Assembly (NCBI RefSeq): GCF_018350175.1 | Contig: NC_058368.1 | Coordinates: forward strand, 37,946,001-38,010,000 | From: Felis catus | Taxonomy: Eukaryota | DNA: 64,000 nt | Direction of reading: 5' to 3' | Shown here: piece after piece, positions 39,060-52,075 of the stretch | Position numbering within the stretch: position 1 is the first letter of the stretch | Layout: each line of letters opens with the position of its first letter | Program-made: the position numbers and the translations under genes | The notes under the pieces: generated by a model | Told to the model about the DNA's origin: nothing | What the model saw: the letters and a program-made list of their open reading frames with translations, nothing else | Database searches by the model: none

Positions 39060-42000
39060 TAAGTCAATTATTCCTCCAGGAAGCTTCCCCAAAAAACAAG
39101 TATACTTCATTTTGGCGACATATCCAATGCTGAGTGTTACATGATTTACCATGAGTGTTTTCTCAAGATTAAAGATCTCTTACAAACTATGAGGCATGCG
39201 ACGGTGTTTTCAGGAGGGAGGTGTTGTAATGACTGACCGCAGCACAAGAAATAAAGTTTAGTGGGCTGATTTCCCCAGCAAGGAAACTAATTTTTTTAGA
39301 TTGTTGAGACTGACCCACCCCCAACCCACACACACATACAGGATATATGTCAGTTACTGGTTACAGGTAACAGTACATCCAACATCCAAAGTGATTTCCC
39401 AGCCAAGGAGTAGGTCGTAAATTTCACAGTTGAGTTTTTAAGTTGAATATTTGATTTTCAAGAACTTCCTGAGGGCTGTTGGAAAAACATAGGAAATAAT
39501 CTGAAAAACTGAAAAGATGACAAATAATAGTTTCAGGGGCCAGTGTGATGTAGCCAAGTCAGATGATTTACTGAAACAGCATCATCATAACCTGAAAACA
39601 TGTCATTAACTATGAGGAACCACTGACAGCCTAAGAGGGGGCTGAAAATCATATGCAGTCAATATGCCAAGGGCAGGTGTGGACAACACTTCACAAACAA
39701 CTGGGTCATCTTTTTTCAGGTGTCAGAAATCTGGCAAGCAGTTGTAGCCTCTGCATTAGCAACAGAATTGTTTATGCTGGTGATGGGTGTCCATGCCTGG
39801 TGTAGTGATGAATTCAGACAGAAATAGTGGGAATCTGGATGTTGTTTCATCAGTGGCTTGATTTCAGTCTTTTTCATCAGAGAATGTTATCTTACAGTTG
39901 TCATCTACATGTGTAACCCAGACAGTTCATTCAGTGACTGAAATTTTCTACAATCAGTGACCTTGAAGACAGGTGTTTTAAATCTGCCAGCCAATAGTTT
40001 TCCAAATGTCAAACAGCCAGCCTATTAGCAATGGCCCAAGAGTCAGTGAAATATATAACAAATTTCATGTGGTAAGTCTTGGGCAGAGCTATGAAAATGC
40101 CCTTGATATCTGCTCAATGAGGGAAGCAACCATTATCCATGTTTGGCCCGGCTTAGCTAGTGCTGAGGTTCAGTAGCTATAGCAGCCTAATGTACACTAT
40201 CAGGTTTCAGCTTATCTAAATCAACATTGAACCAGATCTGGAATTTAGGAAAGTCTCTATGAATTGCGAGTTGAAGAGATTCAATAGCTTCCCTTCAAGT
40301 AGCACAGTTAGGGAAACATTTCCCCTACAGTGATAGCTGCCAATTTTTCAGGTAAAGGTGAAATAACGCTGGGACCCCTGTTGTCAGTATTCATCAATAG
40401 TACACACCTATTCCACAAGTAAGGCTTATTGGATTCTTTTTTAACTTGCTCACCATTGGATTTTAATTGACTTACTCTCAAATGGCAATATGATGAGTAA
40501 CATGGCCACCATGAGTCAGATGTTAAGTTTCAATGGGAGCAAAGTGCAAGTTAATAGTTCATTTTAAAAATCGGTGTAATTATTTTCCATATCTGGAAAG
40601 TGAGTCCAAAACTCAAAATATGCCTCCAAGTAGAGGTTGCTTCTCTTTGCTAGAAGCTCCAATCAGCAGAATCATCATTCACCAAGACATGCAGCTTCAA
40701 GAGATTACTAGGGGTGTGGTGTCCCAAATATGGAACATGTCAAGCTCACTGGATGGATTATAAATGTTTGGAGCCATTGGTTTGGGTAACACTCAAAAGA
40801 GTCCAATGCATTGTAGCCTGTGCAGAGGACCATGTAGAATATCCAAGTGAGGCACAACCATTCTCCAGTATCTCAAAGGTGCATTAAGATACTGGACCTC
40901 ATTTTAAGTAGAAGGGAGCTAAAGAGACTTAGTTTCCTGTCAGATAATCCTTGTGAATCCACTCGCATAGATCCCAAGAAACATTACTTACCAAAAAGTC
41001 CGCTAACTTTCATCAGAATTTATCATTGACATTTACTGGAGGAGGTGATAACACCAAGGTCAGGGTCATTGAGTCCTAGCCTTCTTATCTGTCATATAAC
41101 AGTACCTCATCTAGATAGTAAAAGCTTTAAACATTAGAAGTGAGGGCCATTCATGCTAAATCCTAATCCACCCAAGGCTGGCAAATAACAAGGCAGTATG
41201 TATGTATGATGTATATATGTATGTATGTATGTGTTTATTCTGTCTTTAGAGAGAGAGAGAGCGAGCGCAAACACGGGAGAGGGGCAGAGGGAGAGAGAAA
41301 GAGAATCTAAAGCAAGCTCCATGCTCAGTGTGGAACCCCATGTGGGCTCAGTCCCACGACCCTGGGATCATGACCTGAGCCGAAATCAAGAGTCAGATGC
41401 TCAACCAACTGAGCCACCCAGTTGCCCCAACAGGGTAGTTTAAATCCTCCTGGGGTGGGGTGGGGGCTACAAACATATATTGGAGACTTTATGCCATAAT
41501 GTAAACTTTTCTTTATCCTGGTATGTCCAAGCCTGCATACTAAGTGCTATCAGTTTGTGTAATGGATTTGGATGTAGTTACAAAGTCTGGAACAGCCAGA
41601 GCTTCAGGAGCAATAACTGAGGTCACTTACCAATTATCCATTATAAACTTCCTTTACTACTGAACGTACAGGGCTATTATATTGAGATACTGCATCTCAT
41701 CCTAATCCTGCTGCCTGAAAAAATAAAAGTTATTATTTATTTCTCCTCTTGGCATTCTATGCTGATTAAAATGGACCACCCAGGCAGTCGTAGGGAGGCA
41801 AGTTGTGTAGCCATGTATGTGACGTGCTAGCATTTCTACATAGGTTGCATTCCTGATTAGAAGAATGCCTTTTGGCACTATGAAACAGGAGGCACATGAA
41901 TATAGCACATTGATTCCTGATAAACATTCATATGTAGGAGCAAAAATAATACAACTAATCGACTCAAAGAACCCTGTCAACAGAGTCATATTAGCTTTCT

Positions 42001-42840
42001 TTCTCTGTTGTGAATTCTGTCCAAACATAATTCTGGTAGCTGAGCAAGGGTCCCTTTTCCTTCCAAGTTGTGGGTAGAATAGCAACTTTGGTTCCTATAC
42101 TCAACAGAGTTGTAACTGATTGAATCCCTTGCCTCAAATTCCCCAGCATACTCAGATGGATACAAATGGACGTTGATTTCCCTTGATGACAAGGTGTCCT
42201 TTGTCCCACCTATTCATCTTGTACAATAAAATCTTTTGAGTTCTGAATTGAGGGGGAAAGATTGATAAGGGAACACAGAAGGAGAAAAGTTTTCCATGCC
42301 ATTAAACAAGGCTTGGCATTTACTTTATGGAAACAAGTATGGCTCAACAAAATGAACTTTTCTGTGTTTTGGTCTAATGTGATATATTAGGTAGTATGGA
42401 CCTCATTGCTAACATCATCTATTTTTACCTTGGAAATCCCGGATTCAACTCCAGAAGGTACAAGCTGTATTTGCCAAGACTTGTCACTATAGAAACATTC
42501 TTAAAAGATAGTCCAGAACAAAGAGCCTGCAAGACTTGTAGTAATGCAAGAGACCTATAGTGGGTTATCTGCCAACAGTTGTAATTGACACGATTTTGTT
42601 GATGTTGAAGTTTTTCAGAAATGAATAGAGAACTAAACCCACCATATTTTACTCTTTCTTCTATTAGGCAACTCAGAGCCAGACGTAATTTTCTGTCCCT
42701 TTCGGAACGATTTTTTGATAAAGACTACTCATCTGTGTTTGCACTGAACAACACTAGGGTTAGGCAAAATTTGTTTAGTTCTTTGTTCTGCAAGACACTT
42801 CCTTCTGAAAGACAAGACTGAACCAATTAAAATAACTTAC
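39060..42840 (-). mobile_element. divergent, decayed class III (ERVL-superfamily) provirus internal region: gag-pro-RT-RNaseH-IN
   Basis: manual minus-strand translation gives, in order: gag-like SGISKVKIDDVSNEV; protease LLSIGTKVAILP and ECLSGINVL; RT SQYNSPV, APEALAVPDFV, PQEDLNYP, YYLDEVLL (YLDE at 41106-41117), FLGI, RYWRMVVPHLDIL; RNase H YIFTDSWAIANRLAV and VWVTHVD; integrase IHHYTRHG, WHIDCI, DMFSGY. Confidence 0.85.
41198..41428 (-). mobile_element. CanSINE inserted in the ERV RT
   Basis: (TATG)n tail; degenerate TSD aacaaggcagt/aacagggtagt. Confidence 0.92.
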
Positions 42841-44520
42841 CAAGGCTCACGGTTTAATCATCAATATACACACAGAACAATTGCCTCCCTGTGCCCACCA
42901 ATCAAAGCTGTATGTCATAAACTAATGCCAGTTGAACTATATCTCCACCTTATAAGACCATTCTTAAAATTACGCAGACCAGACTCTAATGATTAATGCT
43001 CCCCACTGCCTAGACGATTGTATTACAGTCTTTTGCTACGATCCTGGCACTTTTTACCTGGCAGATTTGATAGCAGTTTCTTTGCTATTCAAGTTTTGCT
43101 GTGGCTTATTTTTATAAATGACATTATATTTTAGGAAATGAAATAGTTAAAAGAAAACTCCAAAATGGCAGCACTTAAAGCTGTGTCATTTTTGAACAAT
43201 ACCTTTAAAAATGTAATTTGTGTACAGCTTTATTCACAGTAAGTAAAAAGTTCTTTATGCTTTGTTTTTTTATTATCACCAAACTGAATGATTTTCTTGT
43301 ATTGATTTAAAAATTCTGTAGCCATTCATATATTATTCCACAAAATAACAAATATTTAAACTCACAGTTTACGTTTTACTCTTCGAAATTCTACCAATCA
43401 AATAACGTGCAACCAAAAAGATTATATATTTTATGCTGTTAGAGTAAAGTTGGTGGTATTGGGGAATAGAATGAAAATAAATTGCAAGAGTAAAAAGATA
43501 CCTTTGGGGAACAAGATATAGGTAACATAAAAACAAGAAAAAATAAGCATAACCAAAGCAATCTATTCATTAAATTCTCTCATTTCTTTGTTTCTGAAAT
43601 ATATTATTTTCAGTGGCTCTTTGATAAAGCCTGACGATGCTGAGATGCACTTTTTATTGGATACATTTCAAGAACTTAATAAGTACTAATATTATCCCAG
43701 TACTGTTGTTATTTTACCTTCAAGTGATCACTTTAGAGAGAAAGTAACAATTCTACCACTTGGTGGTGCTGGTGGATAATATAAAAACCAAACTATTCCT
43801 GGAGCACATTTTGAGAGAACTGGTTATGGTGAGTTAAATAAAATTAAGGGAAGGACAGCTTCATTCACCTCTGTCATCCCCTATTTTTTATTTCTCCTTT
43901 TGACACAAAGAGTGTAAATTAGGCAGAATGGTTACTACTGATGGCTTGGGTCCTTGCTAACTAGCAAAAGGAACAGAGATCTTTAACACAAATTTCATGG
44001 CAGTGGAGATTGACGATTAATGAGGCCATTATTTTCATTTTTAAATTGTCCCTGCTGCAGTATGAAAGATTGCTTCAATTACACACTTTATTTTCATCCT
44101 TCCAAAAGGACACATTTTTGTATGACTGCTCATGTTTCCACTACCCTGTTCTTGATAGGAATGCAAGTATTTTAACATGGTATTGAATGTTTTTATACCA
44201 AAATGAATAGTAAATACAAGTACAAACTTGAGTAACTGTTCAATTATAGTTGATGTCAGAACACTTTCAGATAGGGAGAGGATGAGCAAATGGCTCAATG
44301 TCATTTACTATTTATAATAGTTGTTACAGCTTGCCTTCAGAAATATATTGCTTTATCAAAAGCAAGCTCTCTTAAAACAGTAACAGTTTTTCATATTTAT
44401 TTGGCACTGTTTTTTACTTAGCTCAGCTTTAGTTTTCACATTTTAAAAAATGCATATATTATAAAATTTTTATGAAGTGTTCAACCATGTATTACTTCAA
44501 CCACATAAACACAAGAGAAG

Positions 44521-44642
44521 TGATATATATATATATAATTATATATAGAATATATATAATATAAATAGATATGTATAATTAATATATAATAATTAATATA
44601 TAAGAAATAATATAATAATTAATATATAATATATAATTATTA
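44521..44642. repeat. TA-rich low-complexity tract
   Basis: direct reading. Confidence 0.85.
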
Positions 44643-46208
44643 TCATCTGTTAACCAGGGGCAAGTCCATGAATTTCTTATGACCAAAGTTAACCTAGCAT
44701 GTAGCGCTCCACAGCAGGTGTGAGATGGAAGAATTATATGGAATGGATTTTCAAATGACAAAGTAAAAGTTTCCAGTTTTCACCTCACTTCAAAGAAAAG
44801 AACCCAGCAGACATATATTCTTTGTCTCGTTGGTTTGCAGATACATTATTAATATCTTTGACATGGAAGAAAAGGCAGCCCAAGGGCCCTAAATTCTCAT
44901 TGTATATAGATAAAAGAAGAAGCAGTTAACTCTGCTACTGAACAACTGTTTTAAATATAAAGCAAAGAATGAACCCAAAGCTGGTTCGCAACTCTGTGTG
45001 CCCATTTAACCTCTGGGTCATATACTACTTGATTTGAATTTCTATTAATGCTTTTCACACTTTCTTATGCAGCTGGTAACAATAAGGGTAATTAGTGAAA
45101 AAATTACCCCCTCCAAAATGCATGCAAAGATTAATATTACCGTCCATGATTTTAAAAACTGATGGCTACAGATAGAACCAATATTCACCTTACCTAATAC
45201 AACACATAATGGAAGCACAATGTATGTTCCATTAGTGTTAATATTATGAATTTTTTTAGCCCTGCTGGAGAGTAGCTTTGTTTTCCCAGTAATATTCTTT
45301 TATTCTTTGTAGAAACAGCAAAAATAATTATCTTGATTTGACCAACTTGCCTTCCTATCACACTTTCTTTTCCAGGGAATTTTTTGCCTCCCTTCCTTCT
45401 CCCACTTGATTACTTTTAGTATGATAAATGAGTTAAAAAACAAACAAACAAAAAACGTAACAGAAAAAAAAACAGTAAATGAAAATTGCTCAGAAAAAGA
45501 TGGACATCATTTTTACCATCGATCACAGGTATATTTTGTGTGTTAGACTAGAAATACTGAATTGATTTTAAGTCAAATGAAATCTAATGCAGTCATAGTT
45601 CTAACATTGCAAGATGTGAAATTGTTGGCCCATCACTGCAATTCTGAGATGTAATTTTCCCACTTATAGAATGGTAAGATATGGCTTGGAGAAATTGAAA
45701 TATGGCTACTCTGAACTGAGATGTATGTGTCTGAAATAAACTGACTTCGAAGACAGCATAAAAACAAGCATGTAAAACAATTAATCATTATATGTTGGGC
45801 CATCTTAAAATTATTATATTTTAGATATATAGGGTTAAATAAGACCTTAGCAAAATTATTTTAATCTATTTTCTTTTGATATTTTAATGTGTCTATAAGA
45901 AAGTGTAAAATTACAAGCTTTGTTCACAATTTTGGCATGCGATATCACTCTATAGGACAGTGCTGTTATAGGAACTCCAATTGTAAAAGTATTTTTGCTC
46001 ATGACAGAAAAATAGATCTCAGTGAATCTTTATCAGTTATTTGGAACAAGATATATTTGTTATTTCAAAATATTGCTTCCATATTTAGCTTGTTACTTAA
46101 GCGGAATGTTATTTTTTTCTAATGAAGTGTTTCTTTCAAGATTTTAAACTTGTATTGGTGTCTGTATACTCTAGATTAGAAAAACCAACCACCAGCACTC
46201 TCTTAGTA

Positions 46209-46212
<4 letters not shown>

Positions 46213-46258
<46 letters not shown>
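46213..46258. repeat. poly(T)46
   Basis: direct reading. Confidence 0.95.
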
Positions 46259-46261
<3 letters not shown>

Positions 46262-46719
46262 TGTGAAGTTAATCCTCTTATGCTAAGGACACAATTTTGA
46301 GAGAAATACCAATAACTGTGAGAAAGAAAGGGAACCTACTTAAAGCAGCCCCTCAGTTGTGCTGTGCACGGTCCTCAAATATACTTGTCCACTCAGAGTC
46401 ATGACCACTAGATTTGGATGCTAATGGAATCATCAAGTAAAAATTCCCAAACTTAAAAAAATAGCATGCAAAATATTACAACGTACTTTCTTGATTTGTT
46501 TGGTAAGTTTCGATTCGCCTTTCATTAAGAATTCATCATAATGTGAGCTAAACCATCTGCCTTTTATCAAGAATATATAAATGTGTAGTTTTTTCTGGAT
46601 TGCTGCTTTAAAAAGCAAGCGATTGCTTTAAAGGGATACATAACTCTCATGTCAGAAGAAAACTCCCATTGTCACTATTCTTTATCTAGAAGTGTCTGTG
46701 TGTCTGTAAAACATACCTC

Positions 46720-46921
46720 TTTTTAAATTTTTTTGCTTATTTATTTTTGAGAGAGAGAGGGAGAGAGACAGTGCATGAGCAGGGGAGGGCGGGGGAGAGA
46801 GAGACACACACAGGATCCAAAGCAGGCTCCAGGCTCTAAACTGTCAGCCCAGAGCCCCATGTAGGACTCAAACTCACAAACTGAAGTCGGACGCTTACCG
46901 ACTGAGCTGCTCAGGGACCCC
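46720..46921 (-). mobile_element. CanSINE with internal deletion
   Basis: ctcacaaactgaagtcgg junction lacks the gagatcatgacctgag segment; TSD aaaacatacctc/aaaacatacccc. Confidence 0.92.
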
Positions 46922-49138
46922 AAAACATACCCCTTTTTTAAGCCTAAGATCAAAGTGAGATTCTTTTATAGCTAATTATACATATTTCACAGATAAAAAG
47001 CATTTCTTCTCAAAGAGACACTTTCTTTGTTAGGTTGTGTCACGTTCAAAACCTTTATTTGTTCAAACCATAGCCAAAGTTATTTGCTCTCTTGCAAAAG
47101 TATAGCTTCGTTTGTTAATATATGCATTCATTCAGAAAATGCTGTCCACTTCCTACTCACTGCAAGGCACTGGGTTATTTATAGCATCAGAAAATAAGGT
47201 AAAACCCGAAAGACTGGAAACTATTCTCTTAATGGTAATTATTTCAGATGATGAGTTTGAGTGCATTAGAACCCAATTACATTTCTGGGTTTTGTTGAGT
47301 AAACAAAAGCTACTGAAGATTGTTGATATTGAAAAGTCATTAAGAAATTCTGTAGTTTTCAAATTGAACCCTTTACTGTTGAGTCATACTTGTTTATTTG
47401 TATATTTTATGGTAACAATGGAGGATGACAACCAGAACAAATTGGATTAATTTTGTCATGATACACGATTGAAAATGCCAGAACATTGTAAATAGACTTC
47501 TATCATGTTTTTCAAAACTGTAAGTGAAAAGTAATAAGTAATAATTATTTTATAAAGCATTTCTGAAGCATTCCAACTAATCTTAATTTCTAATAGTGAT
47601 TATTGGAAGTGGTTATTTTTCTTCACTTAGGTTTATAATATTGACAGAGTCCAGGTAGAATGTTTCCTAATAGTATTGAATAATTATTATAAAATGTAGA
47701 CTTAATCCTTTCCCTTTTCATTTAATTTTTTGATTTAAGATAATTTTCAAAGAGTAAACTGGAATATCTATTTCCACTTAAATATTGCAATTTTAGAGAA
47801 AATATATGATATACTGTAATATGTTTGTTGTGAGGAGGTTTTAATGACATCTTAAACCTTATCTCATTAAGACCAATGTATTATTATTATTATTATTAAT
47901 CTAGGTGGCAGTTTTTCATATTTTCTTTTATTACTATAAAACTGGAACAGAAGAGTTAAATCATTTTCCTACAAGATTGGTGCCTTTAATTGGTGGATTA
48001 AACATTCAATTTATGGAACGCTAATCCATAATTGAACTATTATATTAGAAATTTCCTTTATATATTTCATCCTTTTTAAATCTCTTGATAAAGTCTTACT
48101 TTGTTTATAAAAAGTATTCTGATAGTGATGATTTTTATCTTGATGTGCAGCAGTAAATGAAGATAGTCATTTATGACCAGCACTACTTTCACAGTAATAA
48201 TTTCCTTTTGTTTCTCACTGCAAATTTTAAGTAATAAAAATATAGTTATTCTCAAAAATTGGAGTTGTTCTCTTTTAGTGCTTAAAATGTAATAGAAATC
48301 TGTAGATGATCGTAAATTTAAAACGATCAGTTATATTGCTTGAAAAATATTTTCTTTCTTCCACATATAAAAATTCCCTTCATTTGAATTATACTAAAGC
48401 AACTGAATACTTTGGACCTAAGAAGAAATTAGATCTGCAGCCAATGCAGTCATTTATAATATATTGGACCTTGAACAATCCCTTTATTTTTAATGTTGTT
48501 AGGTTTTCTAAAGCAATCAAATAATAGATTCTGTTGCTTATGTTTTTGCTTAAAAAAGAATATTGTGGATTTAGAGTAAAATGAATCTACATGTATTGGT
48601 TGCTTAGTTGCTATTGATATCATAATATACAGGAATATCCAGTATAAAGGTATACAACTAACGATCCCCCAGATAATAGAAAAGTAGCTAATGATTGTCG
48701 GTCAAAATGATCTAACAAGTATTATATGATGCAGGCATGAGCGCTTTAACAATTTGTACACACCAAGATTCTATGGCAACGTTACCACTCAGGAGAAGGA
48801 CAATATGACATAAGTAACAAAGATCTATACAATATTGCAGCATTATGAACCAATGTGAACGGATGAGTTAATATTAAAGATGATACTACCAGAAAATGCT
48901 GCGAAAAACAGAGCTCCTATAGATCAAATATGTACTTTGACTTAGTACTTGAAAAGTATTTTTAGTTGGACTATAGTTTTGTTATCCATTATTATGACCT
49001 TAATGGAAATTTTCTGATGAATTCTTCTCTTAATTTCAAATCAAATCCTATCGTGGCCTGCAAATGGCCTGCCCTAACTCTCTTTCCAACTTTTCCAACT
49101 ATATTTCCTTCCTCAGTTCCTCAAAAAAGCCAATTACA

Positions 49139-49322
49139 GGGGCGCCTGGGTGGCGCAGTCGGTTAAGCGTCCGACTTCAGCCAGGTCACGATCTCCCGGT
49201 CTGTGAGTTCAAGCCCCGCGTCAGGCTCTGGGCTGATGGCTCGGAGCCTGGAGCCTGTTTCCGATTCTGTGTCTCCCTCTCTCTCTGCCCCTCCCCCGTT
49301 CATGCTCTGTCTCTCTCTGTCC

Positions 49323-49374
<52 letters not shown>

Positions 49375-49376
49375 GA
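49139..49376 (+). mobile_element. young SINEC_Fc-type CanSINE with A47 tract
   Basis: TSD aaaaaagccaattaca. Confidence 0.97.
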
Positions 49377-49619
49377 AAAAAAGCCAATTACAGTTTTGCT
49401 TCAGAGTGTTTGTAGGTGTTATGTACTTTGAGAATGTCCATACCCCAAATATACATATAATTTTCTCCCTCACTTTATTCACCTCCCTCTTCAACCTTTA
49501 ACAAACTGAAGAGGCCTTTTCTGATTATATTATCTATAGTAGCACTTCCTTCTTCTATATATCCTCTTACCTTTATTTTTTTCACAGTATATATGACTAC
49601 CCGCCAATAAGTTGTACAT

Positions 49620-49834
49620 TTGCATTAGTGAGTTTAATTAACTCTATAGCTCCTATAACAAATGATCAACAAAAACATATCAGTTTAATTCAGTAAAAAC
49701 TGACTTCTCATTCACATTATACTTTTGACTCTTGTCAAAAGGTTCTGCTCCAAGCTTTGACACTTGGGTCATGGATTCTTCCTTCATGTACCTCTGCTAT
49801 TTTCTAAGGTATTCACCATTATGTCAGTGAATTA

Positions 49835-49883
<49 letters not shown>

Positions 49884-50015
49884 AGAAAAAATGCAGGGTT
49901 TGTCATAGCTAGGTTTGAGAGTGGCATACATCAATCCTTCCCATTAGACAGCACCCAGTCACATGTCCCCATTATCACTGAATGGGAGGCTGGAAAATGT
50001 AAATCTCTGTATGGT
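49620..50015. mobile_element. probable MLT1-like relic containing (GA)n
   Basis: tcagtttaa...ttctcattcacattatac; cccagtcacatgtcccc...gggaggctggaaaatgta; (GA)n at 49840-49878. Confidence 0.5.
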
Positions 50016-50599
50016 GTGTACTCAGTACAATTGATAATCCTTAACAAGACTCTACCATATTTGTTTTTTCAGATGTTTCTAGTCTGTCTCCTGAGATACA
50101 TCCTATACCCATAGAAGGCAGCAGCATTATTTGGTTCCTAGAATAGAGCTTTGCATGTAGTAGCTACTCAGTAAACATTTTTAAAATGAAAAAAAAAAGC
50201 AATATTTTATTTATCATTTGCTCCACATTGGCTTAAGTCTGATAACATACACTAAAGGCAAGAGAATCTCCTAGCATTAATATCCTGAGCTAGTTGGCAC
50301 TGATCAGAGATGTGGGTGAAAGCTAGTAGCTCTGGCTTACCCTTAAGGTGGTCAGCTCAGGTTCTTTGATTCATTTTGGTCACACACTGCCATCAACGTA
50401 TTGCACACATAGAATAGACCAAGTTCCTCTATTAAATAGAATTTGGAAATATATAATTTCATTATAAAATTTCATTACAAAGTACAGTTTAAAATTTGAT
50501 GACAATTGTGATTTGTTTACTTTCTTATTTTTTTTAATGGCAAAATGTTTGAACAGAATATTATATTTAATGCAGCAGGGCACTTACTACTTTTTATAA

Positions 50600-50790
50600 C
50601 ATTTGCAGAGAACTTAACAAAACACTTTCAACGTTCTTATCGGTCTCTACAACAAGCTAAGAAACCAATTGTCCTAATTGTTTCTATTTTACAGAAAAGG
50701 ATATGGGTCTCAGAATCTGTCACTTCCACAATTTTACCAACTCACGAGCAGCTAGGTTTTAATCTGATGCTCATTCTACTGCATTTATGA
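50600..50790 (-). mobile_element. MIR fragment
   Basis: tattttacagaaaaggatatgggtctcaga core-like motif. Confidence 0.5.
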
Positions 50791-50857
50791 ACAAAGCTCT
50801 CATAATCTTCAAAGCAATTTGCTCAGTAAAGTAATCATAATCATTAATTTTCAAATG

Positions 50858-51040
50858 CATTTTATTTATTTATCTTTTTAGAGAGAGAGAGAGAGACAGA
50901 GACAGAGAGAGAGAGTATCTGAAGCTGACTCCATGCTCAGGACAGAGCCCAGTGCGGGGCTTAATCCCACGACCCTGGGATCATGACTTGAGCTGAAACC
51001 AAGAGTTGGACATTCAAACAGGTGAGCCACCCAGGCGCCT
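50858..51040 (-). mobile_element. older CanSINE
   Basis: GA tract, ccctgggatcatgacttgagctgaaaccaagag; TSD tcaaatgc. Confidence 0.92.
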
Positions 51041-51159
51041 GTCAAATGCTTGCTTTGATCTATTGATTTCGGTTTCCTAATGTATTGGCTCCAAGAAAGT
51101 GTGAATTCAAAGCTCACACGGACCTTTTTGACAAATAGTGATGAAACCCTCATGATGAG

Positions 51160-51537
51160 GTTTTGTTTGTTTGTTTTTTGTTTTTAAATCAAGTTAGTTA
51201 ACATACAGTGTAGTCTTGGCTTCAGGAGTAGAACTCAATGAATGATTCCTCTCTTATAAATGACACCCAGTGCTCATCCCAAAAAGTGCCCTTCTTGATG
51301 TCCATCATTCATTTAGCCCTTCCCCCCACCCACCTCCCCTCCAGGAATCTTGTTTGTTCCCTGTATTTAAGAGTCTGTTTTGGTTTGCCACTCTCTGTGT
51401 TTTCATCTTATTTTTTTCCCTCCTCTATGTTCATCTGTTGTGTTTCTCAAATTCCACATGTGAGTGAAATCGTATGATATCTGTCTTTCACTGGCTTATT
51501 TCCCTTAGAATAATACCCTTTAGTTCCATCCACATTG
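51160..51537 (-). mobile_element. carnivore L1 3' end fragment
   Basis: cacccagtgctcatcccaa...ccacatgtgagtgaaatc; TSD catgatgag/cacgatgag. Confidence 0.9.
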
Positions 51538-52075
51538 TACACGATGAGTTTTCTACTAGAGGAAAATAAGCCAAAACAAGGAGGGGAGGAGATATAGTAC
51601 TTTACAGAGGAAGGTCTAGCTCCAAAATGTGATTACTAATAGTTTGGTGACAAACCACAATGTGAGAGTAGTAGTCTCAGCACTGTCTTACACCACACAC
51701 AAAAACAAACTCAAAATGGGTTAAAGACGTAAATGTGAGACCTGAAACCATAAAACGCCTAGAATAAAAATTAGCAACCTCTTGGATGTTGGCCTATAGA
51801 AACATTTTTCTATATATATATCCTTAGGCAAGGGAAACAAAAACAAAAATACACTATTGGGATTACACCAAAATAAAAAGCTTTTGCACAGCAAAGGAAA
51901 CCACCAGTGAAACAAAAGACAGCCTGCTAAATGAGAGAAGACATTCACAAATGGTCTATCCAATAAGGGGTTAATACACAAAATATATAAAGAACTTATA
52001 AAATGCAACACCAAAAACAAAACAAAACAAAACAAACAAAAACCTCCAAACGATCCAATTAAAAAAGTGGTCAGA

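Noticed and set aside
39060..42840. Possible non-retroviral endogenous viral element or host pseudogene
   Set aside because: The motif order protease-RT-RNaseH-integrase shows it is retroviral (class III).
43750..43772. CTCF-like ccaccaagtggtag on the minus strand
   Set aside because: Two mismatches at core positions make it too weak.
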